Part shown: positions 52,590 through 62,723 of the stretch, piece after piece
How the letters are laid out: the number at the start of each line of letters is the position of its first letter
Position numbering within the stretch: position 1 is the stretch's first letter
Origin: an uncultured Bacilli bacterium
GTDB taxonomy: Bacteria > Bacillota_I > Bacilli_A > RF39 > UBA660
Assembly (NCBI GenBank): GCA_934096275.1
Contig: CAKOLK010000003.1
Location: 28,366 to 92,365, forward strand
Reading direction: 5' to 3'
Length of the DNA stretch: 64,000 nt
Notes under the pieces: model-generated
Told to the model about the DNA's origin: nothing
The model's database searches: none
What the model saw: the letters and a program-made list of their open reading frames with translations, nothing else
Translations under genes and position numbers: made by a program

Positions 52590-54652
52590 AACTATTACAA
52601 AAAGATTTTACATATTATATACTTTTAATAATAACAATAATCATATTTCTAATATCAATAAACATAACCAAAGAATCTACATACAAACAAATAAAAAATG
52701 AACAATTCAAAATAATAGAAAAAACTAAAAAAGACTATGGAATAAAACTAATTCTAAAGGGAAGAGAAAAAGTATTGGCATACCTCTACATAGATAAAGA
52801 TAAAATAGATAACGAATATAATAAATATGATCTTGGAGATATAATAACTATAACAGCACAAGAAAAAGAAATAAAACAAAAAACATTAGATAATACATTT
52901 GACTATAAAAAATATCTAAATAATCAAAAGATATATAAAGTAATAGAAATAACTGATATAAAAATAAACACTAAAAACAAAAATATTTTCTACAAAATAA
53001 AAAATAAAATAATAAAAAGACAAGAAAAGATACCAAAATCAAAACCCTATATAAACAGTCTAATTCTAGGAAACAATTCCTACTTAGACGAAGATATAAT
53101 AACATCATATAGAAAAAGTGGAATAAGTCATTTATTTGCTATATCAGGAACACATATAAACATTCTACTAATTATACTATATAATATCTTAAAAAAACTA
53201 AAACTAAAAGAAAATAAAATAAGTATAATAACAATACTATTTCTAATATACTATATGTTTCTAACAAACTTTTCCATGTCAGTACTAAGAGCATCAATAT
53301 TTACAATTCTAATAATTATAAATAAACTATTAAAACTAAATATAAAAAACAAAAATCTATTAATATTAACACTCTTCATAATAACATTAAATAATCCCAA
53401 AAACATATTAAATATTGGACTACAATTCTCAGTTTTAATAACATACTATCTAATAACATATAACAAACTAATAAATAATAAAAAAACATACCTTAAGAAG
53501 ACACTAATCATATCATATATATCCACTCTGGTGTCGCTACCAATCCTAGTTAATAGTTTTTACCAAATAAATACTTTATCAGTAATATACAACCTTTTCT
53601 TTGTACCATACGTATCATTTGTTTTATTACCATTTACTTTAATAACATATATTTTTCCACCATTTGATAATATATTAAAAATCTTAATAGACATAAATGA
53701 AAACTTATCACTATTAGTAAGTAATATAAACATATCAAACATAATAATTAAAAAATTATCAATACCACTTATAATAATTTACTATATACTAATAACAATA
53801 AACTTTAGAAAAATTGAGAATAATAATAAGTTTAATATAATAATTATAATGTTTATAATACTTCTTAGCCTAAGAACTGTAAGTGGTAATCAAATTACAT
53901 TTATAGATGTAGATCAAGGAGATAGTACCTTAATTACTATAAATAATAAAACAATTCTAATAGATACCGGAGGAAATATAAATTATAAAAATAAAGAATA
54001 TAAATACCAAATATCAAAAAATAAAATATTACCATATATGAAATCAATTGGCATAAAAAGAGTTGACTATTTAATATTAACTCATGGTGATCAAGATCAC
54101 ATGAAAGAATCAATTTATTTAGTAGAAAACTTCAAAATAAAAAAAGTTATATTTAACTGTGGGCCATATAATGAGTTAGAACAAGAACTAATAAAAATAT
54201 TAAATAAAAAAAGTATTAAATATTATAAATGTATAAAAAATATAGACATAGGTAATTATAAGTTAGAGTTTTTAAATACTAAGATATACAATAATGAAAA
54301 TGACAACAGTAGTGTTATCTATCTAAATTGTAACAATAAGAAGTTTTTATTCATGGCAGATGCATCACAAGAAAGAGAAAAAGATATATTGGATAAATAC
54401 AATATAAAAGATATAGATGTTTTAAAAGTAGGGCATCATGGTTCTAGAACAAGTTCTAATAAAGAGTTTATAGATAAAGTAAAACCAAAATACTCAATTA
54501 TTAGTGTTGGAAAAAATAACAGATATGGTCATCCAAATAAAGAAGTATTAAATACTTTAGATAATTCAAAAATATATAGAACAGACGAGGATGGAAGTAT
54601 TACATTTAAAATTACAAACAACAAGTTAAAAATTAAGACCTGTTGCAGATAG
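52586..54652 (+). CDS. comEC: DNA internalization competence protein ComEC/Rec2
   Basis: Competence membrane domain plus a C-terminal metallo-beta-lactamase (LTHGDQDH). Confidence 0.85.
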   Translation: MKLLQKDFTYYILLIITIIIFLISINITKESTYKQIKNEQFKIIEKTKKDYGIKLILKGREKVLAYLYIDKDKIDNEYNKYDLGDIITITAQEKEIKQKTLDNTFDYKKYLNNQKIYKVIEITDIKINTKNKNIFYKIKNKIIKRQEKIPKSKPYINSLILGNNSYLDEDIITSYRKSGISHLFAISGTHINILLIILYNILKKLKLKENKISIITILFLIYYMFLTNFSMSVLRASIFTILIIINKLLKLNIKNKNLLILTLFIITLNNPKNILNIGLQFSVLITYYLITYNKLINNKKTYLKKTLIISYISTLVSLPILVNSFYQINTLSVIYNLFFVPYVSFVLLPFTLITYIFPPFDNILKILIDINENLSLLVSNINISNIIIKKLSIPLIIIYYILITINFRKIENNNKFNIIIIMFIILLSLRTVSGNQITFIDVDQGDSTLITINNKTILIDTGGNINYKNKEYKYQISKNKILPYMKSIGIKRVDYLILTHGDQDHMKESIYLVENFKIKKVIFNCGPYNELEQELIKILNKKSIKYYKCIKNIDIGNYKLEFLNTKIYNNENDNSSVIYLNCNNKKFLFMADASQEREKDILDKYNIKDIDVLKVGHHGSRTSSNKEFIDKVKPKYSIISVGKNNRYGHPNKEVLNTLDNSKIYRTDEDGSITFKITNNKLKIKTCCR

Positions 54653-54668
54653 AAAGGAAGATGATAAA

Positions 54669-55565
54669 ATGAATGAAATAGATAAGACATACCTACAAAT
54701 TGAAAATAAAGTATTAAATCACGAAGTATATCAAAATGTAAAAGATTATTCCAAAGCAAAAGAAAAGATAAAAACATATTTAGAAGTTGGAAGTCTACTT
54801 AACGGTGTAGATACCAAATACGGGAAGAATGTAATAAAAGATTATTCTAAAAGACTAACAATTAAATTCGGTAAGAAATATTCAACATCATTATTATATA
54901 AAATCAAACAATTTTATATAATAATAGAAAAAGTCCCGACAATGTCGGGAAAATTAACATGGAGCCATTGATATGAAATGTTATCTTTTGATGACGTAAA
55001 TAAAATAGTATATTATGTAAATCAATGTGAAATTTATAATTTAGATGTCAGAGAATTAAGAAATAGAATAAAGTCTAATGAATATGAAAGATTACCCATA
55101 GATGTAAGAAATAAATTAAAAAGTAGAAATGAAATAAAAATAATAGACTTTGTTAAAAACCCTATTCATATTAGAAATAATGATAAAAAAGAAATTATAT
55201 CTGAAAAAATACTACAAAAGTTAATACTTGAGGATATACCAGCATTTTTAAAAGAATTAGGTAATGGCTTCACTTTTATTGATAATGAATATAAAATTAA
55301 ATTAGATGATAGATATAATTATATAGATTTGCTTCTATATAATATTAGGTATAAGTGTTATGTAGTAGTAGAATTAAAAGTAACAGAACTAAAAAAAGAA
55401 CATACAGGTCAAATTATGACTTACATGAATTACATCAATAAAAATATAAAAACACTAGAAGAAAATGGAACAGTAGGTATTATTATTTGCAAACAAGATA
55501 ATGAGTATGTAATTAGATATTGTTCTGATGATAGGATAATTGCTAGAGAATATGAACTTATATGA
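54669..55565 (+). pseudogene. YhcG/DUF1016-family PD-(D/E)XK nuclease gene interrupted by an in-frame TGA (54969-54971)
   Basis: ORFs 54669-54971 and 54978-55565 are in the same frame and together align end-to-end with the intact paralog at 55904. TGA replaces the TTT (Phe) of the ...SWSHF... block. Confidence 0.6.
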
Positions 55566-55740
55566 TACGATAGTTAATAATATCTTAATTTAATCTTATA
55601 ATCATCAAATGGTAGAGTTATTTTTGCATAAAAAAATATAAGAACATCGACATATACCAATTTATTTGTATTTACGATAATGAAAAATCAAAATATGAGT
55701 TCTTATATAAAAGTAAATAAAATCAGAGTATCCAATAATA

Positions 55741-55890
55741 CCGACAGGCAAGAATAATAGATATAATCATCCAAACGAAGAGACATTAAATAATTTAGAA
55801 AAATCTAAGATATATAGAACAGATCAAGATGGAAGTATTACATTTAAAACTAGAAATAACAAGTTAAAAATTAAGACTTGTTGCAGGTAG
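55741..55890 (+). repeat. untranslatable copy of the last ~150 bp of comEC (about 85% identical to 54517-54652) heading cassette 2
   Basis: Direct alignment: aataatagatataatcatccaaa...aagttaaaaattaagacttgttgcaggtag. Confidence 0.8.
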
Positions 55891-55903
55891 AAAGGAGTAA
55901 AAT

Positions 55904-56785
55904 ATGAATTATTATAATGAAATAAAGAATGTGCTAGTAAACAACGAAGTAAACAGAACAATAAAAAATTATTCAATTAATAAAAGTAATTTAAATGCTT
56001 ACTATAATGTTGGAAAATTATTGTTAGATGCAGGAAACAAATATGGAGAAAGCATTATTAAAGAGTATTCATTAAGATTAACTAAAGAATTGGGTTCAGG
56101 ATATAGTCAAAGAAACTTAAGAAATATGAGACAATTTTATAAAGTATCTCAAAAATGGCAGACGCTGTCTGCCAAATTAAGTTGGAGTCATTTTTGTGAA
56201 ATTATTTGGTTTGATGATGACAAGTTTCAATATTATGTCAAAATCACTGAATTAAATAATTTATCAATCAGACAGCTAAGAGAAAAAATAAAATCTAATG
56301 AATATGAAAGAGTACCGAAAAAGACTAAAAATAAGTTGATAAATCAAGATAAATCTAGTGCAGTAGACTTTGTGAAAAATCCAATTTTGATTAGAAACAG
56401 CAATAGATATAATATATTTTCAGAAAAAATATTACAAAAACTAATTTTAGAAGACATTGAAAACTTCCTAGATGAATTAGGAAATGGCTTTACATTTATT
56501 AAAAGTGAATATCCTATTAGATTAGATGATAGATATAATTATATAGATTTGCTTCTATATAATATCAAATATAAATGCTATGTAGTAATAGAATTAAAAA
56601 TCACTGAACTAAAAAAAGAACACACGGGTCAAATTATGACTTATATGAATTATATTGATAAAAACATTAGAACACTAGAGGAAAATGAAACAGTAGGTAT
56701 TATCATTTGCAAACAAGATAATGAGTATGTTATAAAATATTGCTCTGATGATAGAATAATAGCTAGAAAATATGAACTTATATGA
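55904..56785 (+). CDS. YhcG/DUF1016-family PD-(D/E)XK nuclease
   Basis: C-terminal nuclease core ...DLLLYNIKYKCYVVIELKITELKKEHTGQ... (D..ELK) and an N-terminal DUF1016-like region. Confidence 0.65.
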   Translation: MNYYNEIKNVLVNNEVNRTIKNYSINKSNLNAYYNVGKLLLDAGNKYGESIIKEYSLRLTKELGSGYSQRNLRNMRQFYKVSQKWQTLSAKLSWSHFCEIIWFDDDKFQYYVKITELNNLSIRQLREKIKSNEYERVPKKTKNKLINQDKSSAVDFVKNPILIRNSNRYNIFSEKILQKLILEDIENFLDELGNGFTFIKSEYPIRLDDRYNYIDLLLYNIKYKCYVVIELKITELKKEHTGQIMTYMNYIDKNIRTLEENETVGIIICKQDNEYVIKYCSDDRIIARKYELI

Positions 56786-56922
56786 TACGATAATTAATAA
56801 TATTTTAATTCAAATAACTAATTTAATCTTATAATCATCAAATAGTAGAGTTATTTTCGAATAAAAAAATATAAGAACATCGACATATATCAATTTATTT
56901 ATATTACGATAATGAAAAACCA

Positions 56923-57122
56923 AAACTAGTAAAGAGTTTATAGATAAAATAAAGCCAAAATATTCAATCATTAGTGTTGGAAAAAATAACAGATATAATC
57001 ATCCAAATAAAGAAGTATTAAATACTTTAGATAATTCAAAAATGTATAGAACAGATCAAGATGGAAGTATTATGTTTAAAATAAAAAATAATAAATTAAA
57101 AATAGAGACTTGCAGTCCATAG
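56923..57122 (+). repeat. untranslatable copy of the last ~200 bp of comEC (about 88% identical to 54471-54652) heading cassette 3
   Basis: aaagagtttatagataaaataaagccaaaatattcaatcattagtgttgg... through tag. Also shares the following RBS and the first 12 nt (atgaatgaaata) with the comEC-proximal gene. Confidence 0.8.
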
Positions 57123-57138
57123 AAAGGAAGATGATAAA

Positions 57139-57972
57139 ATGAATGAAATAAAAGAATATACAAAAAAAGTTTTCGAAGATATTAAACATATTGATAATAA
57201 TGGTGATGAGTATTGGTATGCTAGAGAATTACAAAATATATTAGAATATACACAATGGAGAAGATTTGAAAATGTCATTAATAAAGCAAAAATTGCATGT
57301 AAGAACTCAAACATTAAGATTGATGACCATTTTGCCAACGTCGGCAAAATGGTTGATATAGGTTCAAATACCAAAAGAATAACTAAAGATTATAGACTAA
57401 CAAGATATGCATGCTATCTAATTGCACAAAATGGTGATTCCAGAAAAGAAGTAATAGCACTTGCTCAAACTTACTTTGCCATTCAAACAAGAAAACAAGA
57501 GCTTTCTGATAAAGAATACAATAAACTTAGTGAAGATGAAAAAAGATTATATCGGAGAAACCAAGTAAAAAGCGGTAATTATAACTTGAACAAAACAGCA
57601 GTTAAAAGTGGAGTAAAAGATTTAGCTAGGTTTCATAATACTGGATATAAAGGACTTTATAATGGAAAAACAGCAGATGATATTTTTAAAAGAAAAAAGC
57701 TCAGATATAGAGAAGATATACTAGATAACATGGGTAGTGAAGAACTCGCAGATAACATATTTAGAATTGCTCAAACTGATGCTAAACTAAAAAGAGATAG
57801 TGTAGATAATGAGTATACTGCAAATTCAGTTCACTATGAAATTAGTAGAATAGTAAGAAATGCAATTAAAGAAGCAGGTGGTACAATGCCAGAAGAACTA
57901 CCAACACCATACAAAAGTTTAAAAGAATTAGAAAAAGAAAATAAAAAATTAGAGATAAAAAATCTAGATTAA
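57139..57972 (+). CDS. dinD: DinD-like DNA-damage-inducible protein (Bro-N-like N-terminus)
   Basis: LTRYACYLIAQNGD, AQTYFAIQTRKQEL, HNTGYKGLY and GGTMPEELPTP blocks resemble E. coli DinD as I remember it. Confidence 0.6.
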   Translation: MNEIKEYTKKVFEDIKHIDNNGDEYWYARELQNILEYTQWRRFENVINKAKIACKNSNIKIDDHFANVGKMVDIGSNTKRITKDYRLTRYACYLIAQNGDSRKEVIALAQTYFAIQTRKQELSDKEYNKLSEDEKRLYRRNQVKSGNYNLNKTAVKSGVKDLARFHNTGYKGLYNGKTADDIFKRKKLRYREDILDNMGSEELADNIFRIAQTDAKLKRDSVDNEYTANSVHYEISRIVRNAIKEAGGTMPEELPTPYKSLKELEKENKKLEIKNLD

Positions 57973-58312
57973 TACAATAAACATACTACAAAAACTGATA
58001 AAATAATTATAATATTTCAGACCATTTTTTGAGTTCAATAATATAATCACAACATGTAACAATTTCAAAAAATAAAAAACTAAGAATTATTTAAAAAAGC
58101 TTATAAATAAATATAAATCAAATAAGAATAAAACTAAATAAAACTGCATATACTAAACATGTAGCACATAAAAACTAAATACATAAAATATATTATAAAG
58201 GGAGAACGCTAATCGCTAGCCCTTTAGCGTTTATATAGATCAAAGAGCTTAAATGCTCTTTTTATTTACTTACTAATAATTAAGTGATAAAATTATATCA
58301 AGGAGTGATAAC

Positions 58313-58624
58313 GTGGACGATAAAAGATTCAAAATGATTGATGAAGAGTTTATTTGTAAAAATTGCAACACCATAGTTAAACCACTAGGATACACTGCAA
58401 GAGATCATTGTCCTAAATGTTTATACTCAATTCACATAGACAACAACCCTGGTGATAGAAAATGCACCTGTCAAGGATTCTTAAAACCAATCGGAGTGGA
58501 AAAACATAAAGATACATATAAAATAATATATAAATGTGAAAAATGTAAAGAAATTAAAAAAAATATATGTGCAAAAGATGATAACATGGATGAAATAATA
58601 AGACTAAGTGTTATAAATGATTAA
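58313..58624 (+). CDS. RNHCP-domain zinc-ribbon protein
   Basis: CKNC...ARDHCPKCLYS...C.C pattern. Confidence 0.55.
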   Translation: MDDKRFKMIDEEFICKNCNTIVKPLGYTARDHCPKCLYSIHIDNNPGDRKCTCQGFLKPIGVEKHKDTYKIIYKCEKCKEIKKNICAKDDNMDEIIRLSVIND

Positions 58625-58633
58625 GGAGTTAAA

Positions 58634-59827
58634 ATGAAAAAAGTAGTAAAAAGAATTATATTATTATTTATAGTAATACTATTATTACAATTAATAGCAA
58701 ATATATTTAAAAAAGAACATGATATAAACTATGAATTAAACTATAACGATCAAAACTATAAAATACATGAAATATATAAAGATGATAGATATAACTTTGA
58801 AATAAATATTGATAACAATTACTTTGTATTAGATACAGATAACCTATATCATAAAAAGAAAAAGGTAATAGATAAAATATACTATTATGACACTGAAGAT
58901 ATAAAATGTATCTACACACCACTAGAAAACACTGATATAATCTGTCTAGAAAACTCTACATTAAAATCCTACTACGAATCATCTAAACACATTAAATCAT
59001 TTGTAAAAGAATTAAAACAACTAGGATACACAAACCCTTCATGGGACATAAAAGACTCAAAAATAAAAACAATAGACCAAGTCGAAGTCTATCAAGATAA
59101 TATAAGTGATAATACATATATTTATTTATATAAATACAATGGATTCTTTAAAATAACTAATAAAGATTTAAGTAAAATAAATACATTTAACAATGATACA
59201 TATCTAAACACACTTGGAGTTCAAGTAGATAAATATTATGTAATACCAAACTATGATGATAAACATGATTTTAAAGAAATATATGTTTATAACATGAAAA
59301 ATGATAAAAAGAAAACAATTAAATTAAAGAATAAAATATCAACAGATTCATACATAAATGGAGTAGTGGATAAAAAAATATATCTAACAGATAAAGACAA
59401 TTTAATTCAATATAGAATAGATCCTAAAAAAAGAAAAGTTGAAGAAGTAGGTAACACTAATGATGGTGGACTAACATATCAAAACAATGAGTTTAAATCT
59501 ATAAACATGTATGAATTTAGAAAAACAGAAATAAAATATGAACAAGATTATACTGATATAATATCTGATTATCAATATATAAATAAAGTAAATAATAATT
59601 ACTATTACCTTAAGAATGATACATTTTATAAGTATAATTCCACATTTGGTGTAACACAAGTCTTATTTAAAAGTGAAGCATCAAACATTGTAATGAATAA
59701 TGAAGATATATACTTTGTAAAAGATAATAAACTATATCTATATGATGGATACTTAAGAGAAATATTAAAATATGATGAGTTATCATTCAATAGTACCAAT
59801 AGATATGCAGTATACAAAAAATCATAA
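58634..59827 (+). CDS. hypothetical N-terminally anchored protein (Asn/Tyr/Lys-rich)
   Basis: ORF with N-terminal TM helix. Confidence 0.4.
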   Translation: MKKVVKRIILLFIVILLLQLIANIFKKEHDINYELNYNDQNYKIHEIYKDDRYNFEINIDNNYFVLDTDNLYHKKKKVIDKIYYYDTEDIKCIYTPLENTDIICLENSTLKSYYESSKHIKSFVKELKQLGYTNPSWDIKDSKIKTIDQVEVYQDNISDNTYIYLYKYNGFFKITNKDLSKINTFNNDTYLNTLGVQVDKYYVIPNYDDKHDFKEIYVYNMKNDKKKTIKLKNKISTDSYINGVVDKKIYLTDKDNLIQYRIDPKKRKVEEVGNTNDGGLTYQNNEFKSINMYEFRKTEIKYEQDYTDIISDYQYINKVNNNYYYLKNDTFYKYNSTFGVTQVLFKSEASNIVMNNEDIYFVKDNKLYLYDGYLREILKYDELSFNSTNRYAVYKKS

Positions 59828-59836
59828 GGAGGAATT

Positions 59837-59992
59837 ATGCCATTAAGAGATGAAAATACTAAAATAAGAAGTATTGATGATGAATTAAAAAGATTAACTG
59901 AAGAATTAGGACTAGTAATAGATATTCCTGATATACCTGATGTAAAAGAAGATAAATCTAAAAAAGATGAAGAAAAAGAAGACAAAGAGTAA
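59837..59992 (+). CDS. small acidic hypothetical protein (51 aa)
   Basis: Strong RBS ataaggagg. Hairpin plus T-run terminator follows. Confidence 0.4.
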   Translation: MPLRDENTKIRSIDDELKRLTEELGLVIDIPDIPDVKEDKSKKDEEKEDKE

Positions 59993-60032
59993 AATAAAAC
60001 TCTTTTTTTCATACAATTAACTGAGGTGAAAT

Positions 60033-60482
60033 ATGGAAGAATACACAGTAAAAGAAAATGATACCATATTTTCTATATCAAACTTATATGGCATACCCCC
60101 AATAGAAATAATAAGAACTAACAATTTAAAAGAACCATACAACATATTAAAAGGCCAAGTATTAGATGTTCCTACAACTACATATAATATATATGATAGA
60201 TATGTAGTAACAAATAAAGATACATTATATAGTATTGCTAAAAATGCAAATACCACAACTGATATAATCGAAGCAATAAATGGATTAGAAAAAAATGAAT
60301 ACATCTATGTAGGACAAACTCTTTTAATACCCAAGAAAGATATAAAGATATACATAACTAAAGAAGGGGATACTTTAGATGACGTATCAGACTACTTAAA
60401 AGTAGGAGTCCTAGACGTAGTTTATAGCAATAATAATATATTTTTATTACCTGATCAATTGATAACATATCGAAAAGTTTGA
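60033..60482 (+). CDS. LysM-domain protein (three LysM repeats)
   Basis: YTVKENDTIFSIS, YVVTNKDTLYSIA, YITKEGDTLDDVS. Confidence 0.8.
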   Translation: MEEYTVKENDTIFSISNLYGIPPIEIIRTNNLKEPYNILKGQVLDVPTTTYNIYDRYVVTNKDTLYSIAKNANTTTDIIEAINGLEKNEYIYVGQTLLIPKKDIKIYITKEGDTLDDVSDYLKVGVLDVVYSNNNIFLLPDQLITYRKV

Positions 60483-60513
60483 TTTTTTAACAAGAATATG
60501 TTATAATTATTTT

Positions 60514-61123
60514 CAACAAATGGCACATTATTCTAGTCAATAATTTATTACGAAGGTGGGGCTAAAAATCCACTAAAGAGCACATCGATGAAGTCCTTGG
60601 TGTTTGCTTTATACGCCCAGTTTGGGGTGGATGCTGAGGGTTAAGAATTTATGGGCGACTATAATGGCATATAGCAACCGACCCATTTATTCGTGGAGAC
60701 TTATTATTGTGAGAAGCCTATACAGATAAACTTGACGGACTTTTTACGAAATAAGTAAGAACCTATTATGTGGCGAAAGTTATGAATAGAGTAGCTTGGC
60801 TTGAGTGGTTATTTGGGATTATGGATAAGTTTTTTGTTACATGGCCAGTGATAAATAATTTGGTAACCATATGAAACTATAATTGCAAAAGAGCATAGTA
60901 ATAATAATTATTGTCGGGGAAAACCCCTAGAGTGACATCTCATAGGATTGCAGTGCGTACTAAGTGGTAATCAAGTCGTAGATATGGTGACATACTACTA
61001 TTTCTTTTAAAAGGGAACTGCTACACTGGTAACGGTAAGTAAGAAATAGGGAAATCCAACTTGACCTAAGACGTAAAGTTAACTATGACATAGCCATTCT
61101 TTAAGACCTTTGGGTCTTTTTTT
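60514..61123 (+). ncRNA. candidate large (~610 nt) structured non-coding RNA with own promoter and terminator, unclassified
   Basis: TTGATT, 17-bp spacer, TG-TATAAT at 60479-60507. No ORF of 60 aa or more on either strand across 720 bp. GC is 40-47% in sampled 60-nt stretches versus about 27% genome-wide. GGGG-AAAA-CCCC hairpin at 60916-60927. Terminator aagacc-tttg-ggtctt plus T7 at 61103-61123. Confidence 0.45.
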
Positions 61124-61202
61124 GTTCGAAAGAAAAAGTGTTAGGTAAGAATTTTCATAGTAACAAAATATGTGTTATAATAAAAACTAATTCAGTTAGG
61201 AG

Positions 61203-61937
61203 ATGATAGATTTGAAGACATATATTGTATTAGATGAATCAGGAGCAATGCATCTAAAAAATGAAAGATACTTTGTAATCGGAGGATTCATTACTAAAGA
61301 ATTGCATAAAGTTATTTCATCTCACAAAAAAACAGAAAAAGTAGTAAAACATATAAAAAACATACCTATTGATAAGAAAGTAGAATTAAAATCATATCGA
61401 ATTACTGATAGACAACAGGCATTATTCTTAAATGAACTATATTCATTGGAAAGTGTAGTACCAATAGCAATAATAATTGACAAAGAAAATTTAAAAAAGT
61501 TTAATGCATCTGAAAATGTTGCATATAATTTTTTTGTAAAAACATTGTTGAATTACTTATTCAAATGTAACATTTCTATCATGCAAACTGATCATATTGA
61601 GTTAAGATTAGATAATAGAAATGTTTCAGTAAAAGCATTAAAAGATTTAGAAACATTTCTTCAATGGGAATTTGATTTTATGAACTTAGATGTAGAAGTA
61701 AAATATTTAGATTCAAAAGATAATCGAGATATTCAAATGGCTGATTACATTGCAAATCTAGTATGGAAAAAATATAATTTACCTAATGAGAACCTATCAA
61801 AAAGAATTACTCAATATAACAAAATCTATACTTCGAAGTTTCCGTTTAAATCATTTGGTAATAATCCAAGTTTAAGAAAAGTCGAAGAAAATTGCAAAAA
61901 TTCAAAAACAAATCAAGAAACTATTGCAAATCCATAA
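61203..61937 (+). CDS. DUF3800-family protein
   Basis: N-terminal YIVLDESG (the DES motif of DUF3800). Own TG-TATAAT promoter at 61171-61180 and terminator at 62040-62070. Confidence 0.6.
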   Translation: MIDLKTYIVLDESGAMHLKNERYFVIGGFITKELHKVISSHKKTEKVVKHIKNIPIDKKVELKSYRITDRQQALFLNELYSLESVVPIAIIIDKENLKKFNASENVAYNFFVKTLLNYLFKCNISIMQTDHIELRLDNRNVSVKALKDLETFLQWEFDFMNLDVEVKYLDSKDNRDIQMADYIANLVWKKYNLPNENLSKRITQYNKIYTSKFPFKSFGNNPSLRKVEENCKNSKTNQETIANP

Positions 61938-62118
61938 AAAAATGGTATAATACTACCAGAAGACCTTTAAGGCTCATCGAACCAAGTGTTTCGTACACAA
62001 TGTTCTAATCGTATGTTAAGTACGAGATTCCTTAGGCAGAAAAGTAATCCATTAGGGTTACTTTTTCTTTTTAATTATGTTATACTCAAATTACTAATAA
62101 AAAAAAGGAAGAGATTAA

Positions 62119-62649
62119 ATGAAACAAAAACAAAAAGTAGATAAAAAGTGGATACTAATAATAACATCAATTGCTTTTACTATATCATTATTACTATCTT
62201 TAATATCAGAACTTATAATACCTAACGTATTCATCATAATAAGTATTATTTTAGTACTAGTATTCGTATTACTAGGAATAATCTTTGATATAATCGGAGT
62301 AGCAGTATCAACAAGTGATGATAAATCATTTCACAGCATGGCATCACAAAAAGTAATGGGTTCAAAAACTGCAATCAACTTTATAAAAAATAAAGAAAAA
62401 GTATCATCATTCTGTAATGATGTAATCGGAGATATATGTGGGGTAGTAAGTGGTAGCTGTGGACTTTCAATAGCCATAAAACTATCTAATATGCTAAACA
62501 TAAATCCAGTACTAACAACAATCTTAATAACAAGTACAATATCTGCTTTAACAATCGGAGGAAAAGCAATAGGAAAAACATACGCACTAACAAAAAACAA
62601 CCAAATAGTATATAAAACTGCTAAAATAATGAATATTTTCTCAAAATAA
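62119..62649 (+). CDS. 4-TM small membrane protein
   Basis: 176 aa with four predicted TM helices. Confidence 0.45.
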   Translation: MKQKQKVDKKWILIITSIAFTISLLLSLISELIIPNVFIIISIILVLVFVLLGIIFDIIGVAVSTSDDKSFHSMASQKVMGSKTAINFIKNKEKVSSFCNDVIGDICGVVSGSCGLSIAIKLSNMLNINPVLTTILITSTISALTIGGKAIGKTYALTKNNQIVYKTAKIMNIFSK

Positions 62650-62723
62650 CCACAAAAAACCAATATAAACTAGATTTTTTCTTAATTTTTTGGTATAATC
62701 TTAACCAGTCAAAGGGGTGATAC

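Noticed and set aside
54969-54971. Selenocysteine recoding at the in-frame TGA
   Set aside because: No SECIS-like hairpin is evident immediately downstream. The paralog has Phe, not Cys, at this position, and no sel genes are in view. A nonsense mutation is more parsimonious.
60514-61123. tmRNA, RNase P RNA or OLE RNA identity for the large non-coding region
   Set aside because: There is no tRNA-like 3' end (GGTTCGAATCC...CCA) or tag ORF for tmRNA, and no AGGAAAGTCCGGGC/ACAGAA P4 signatures for RNase P. The gene neighbourhood (LysM, DUF3800, der) does not match the OLE/oapA/isoprenoid locus. The region is left as an unclassified candidate.
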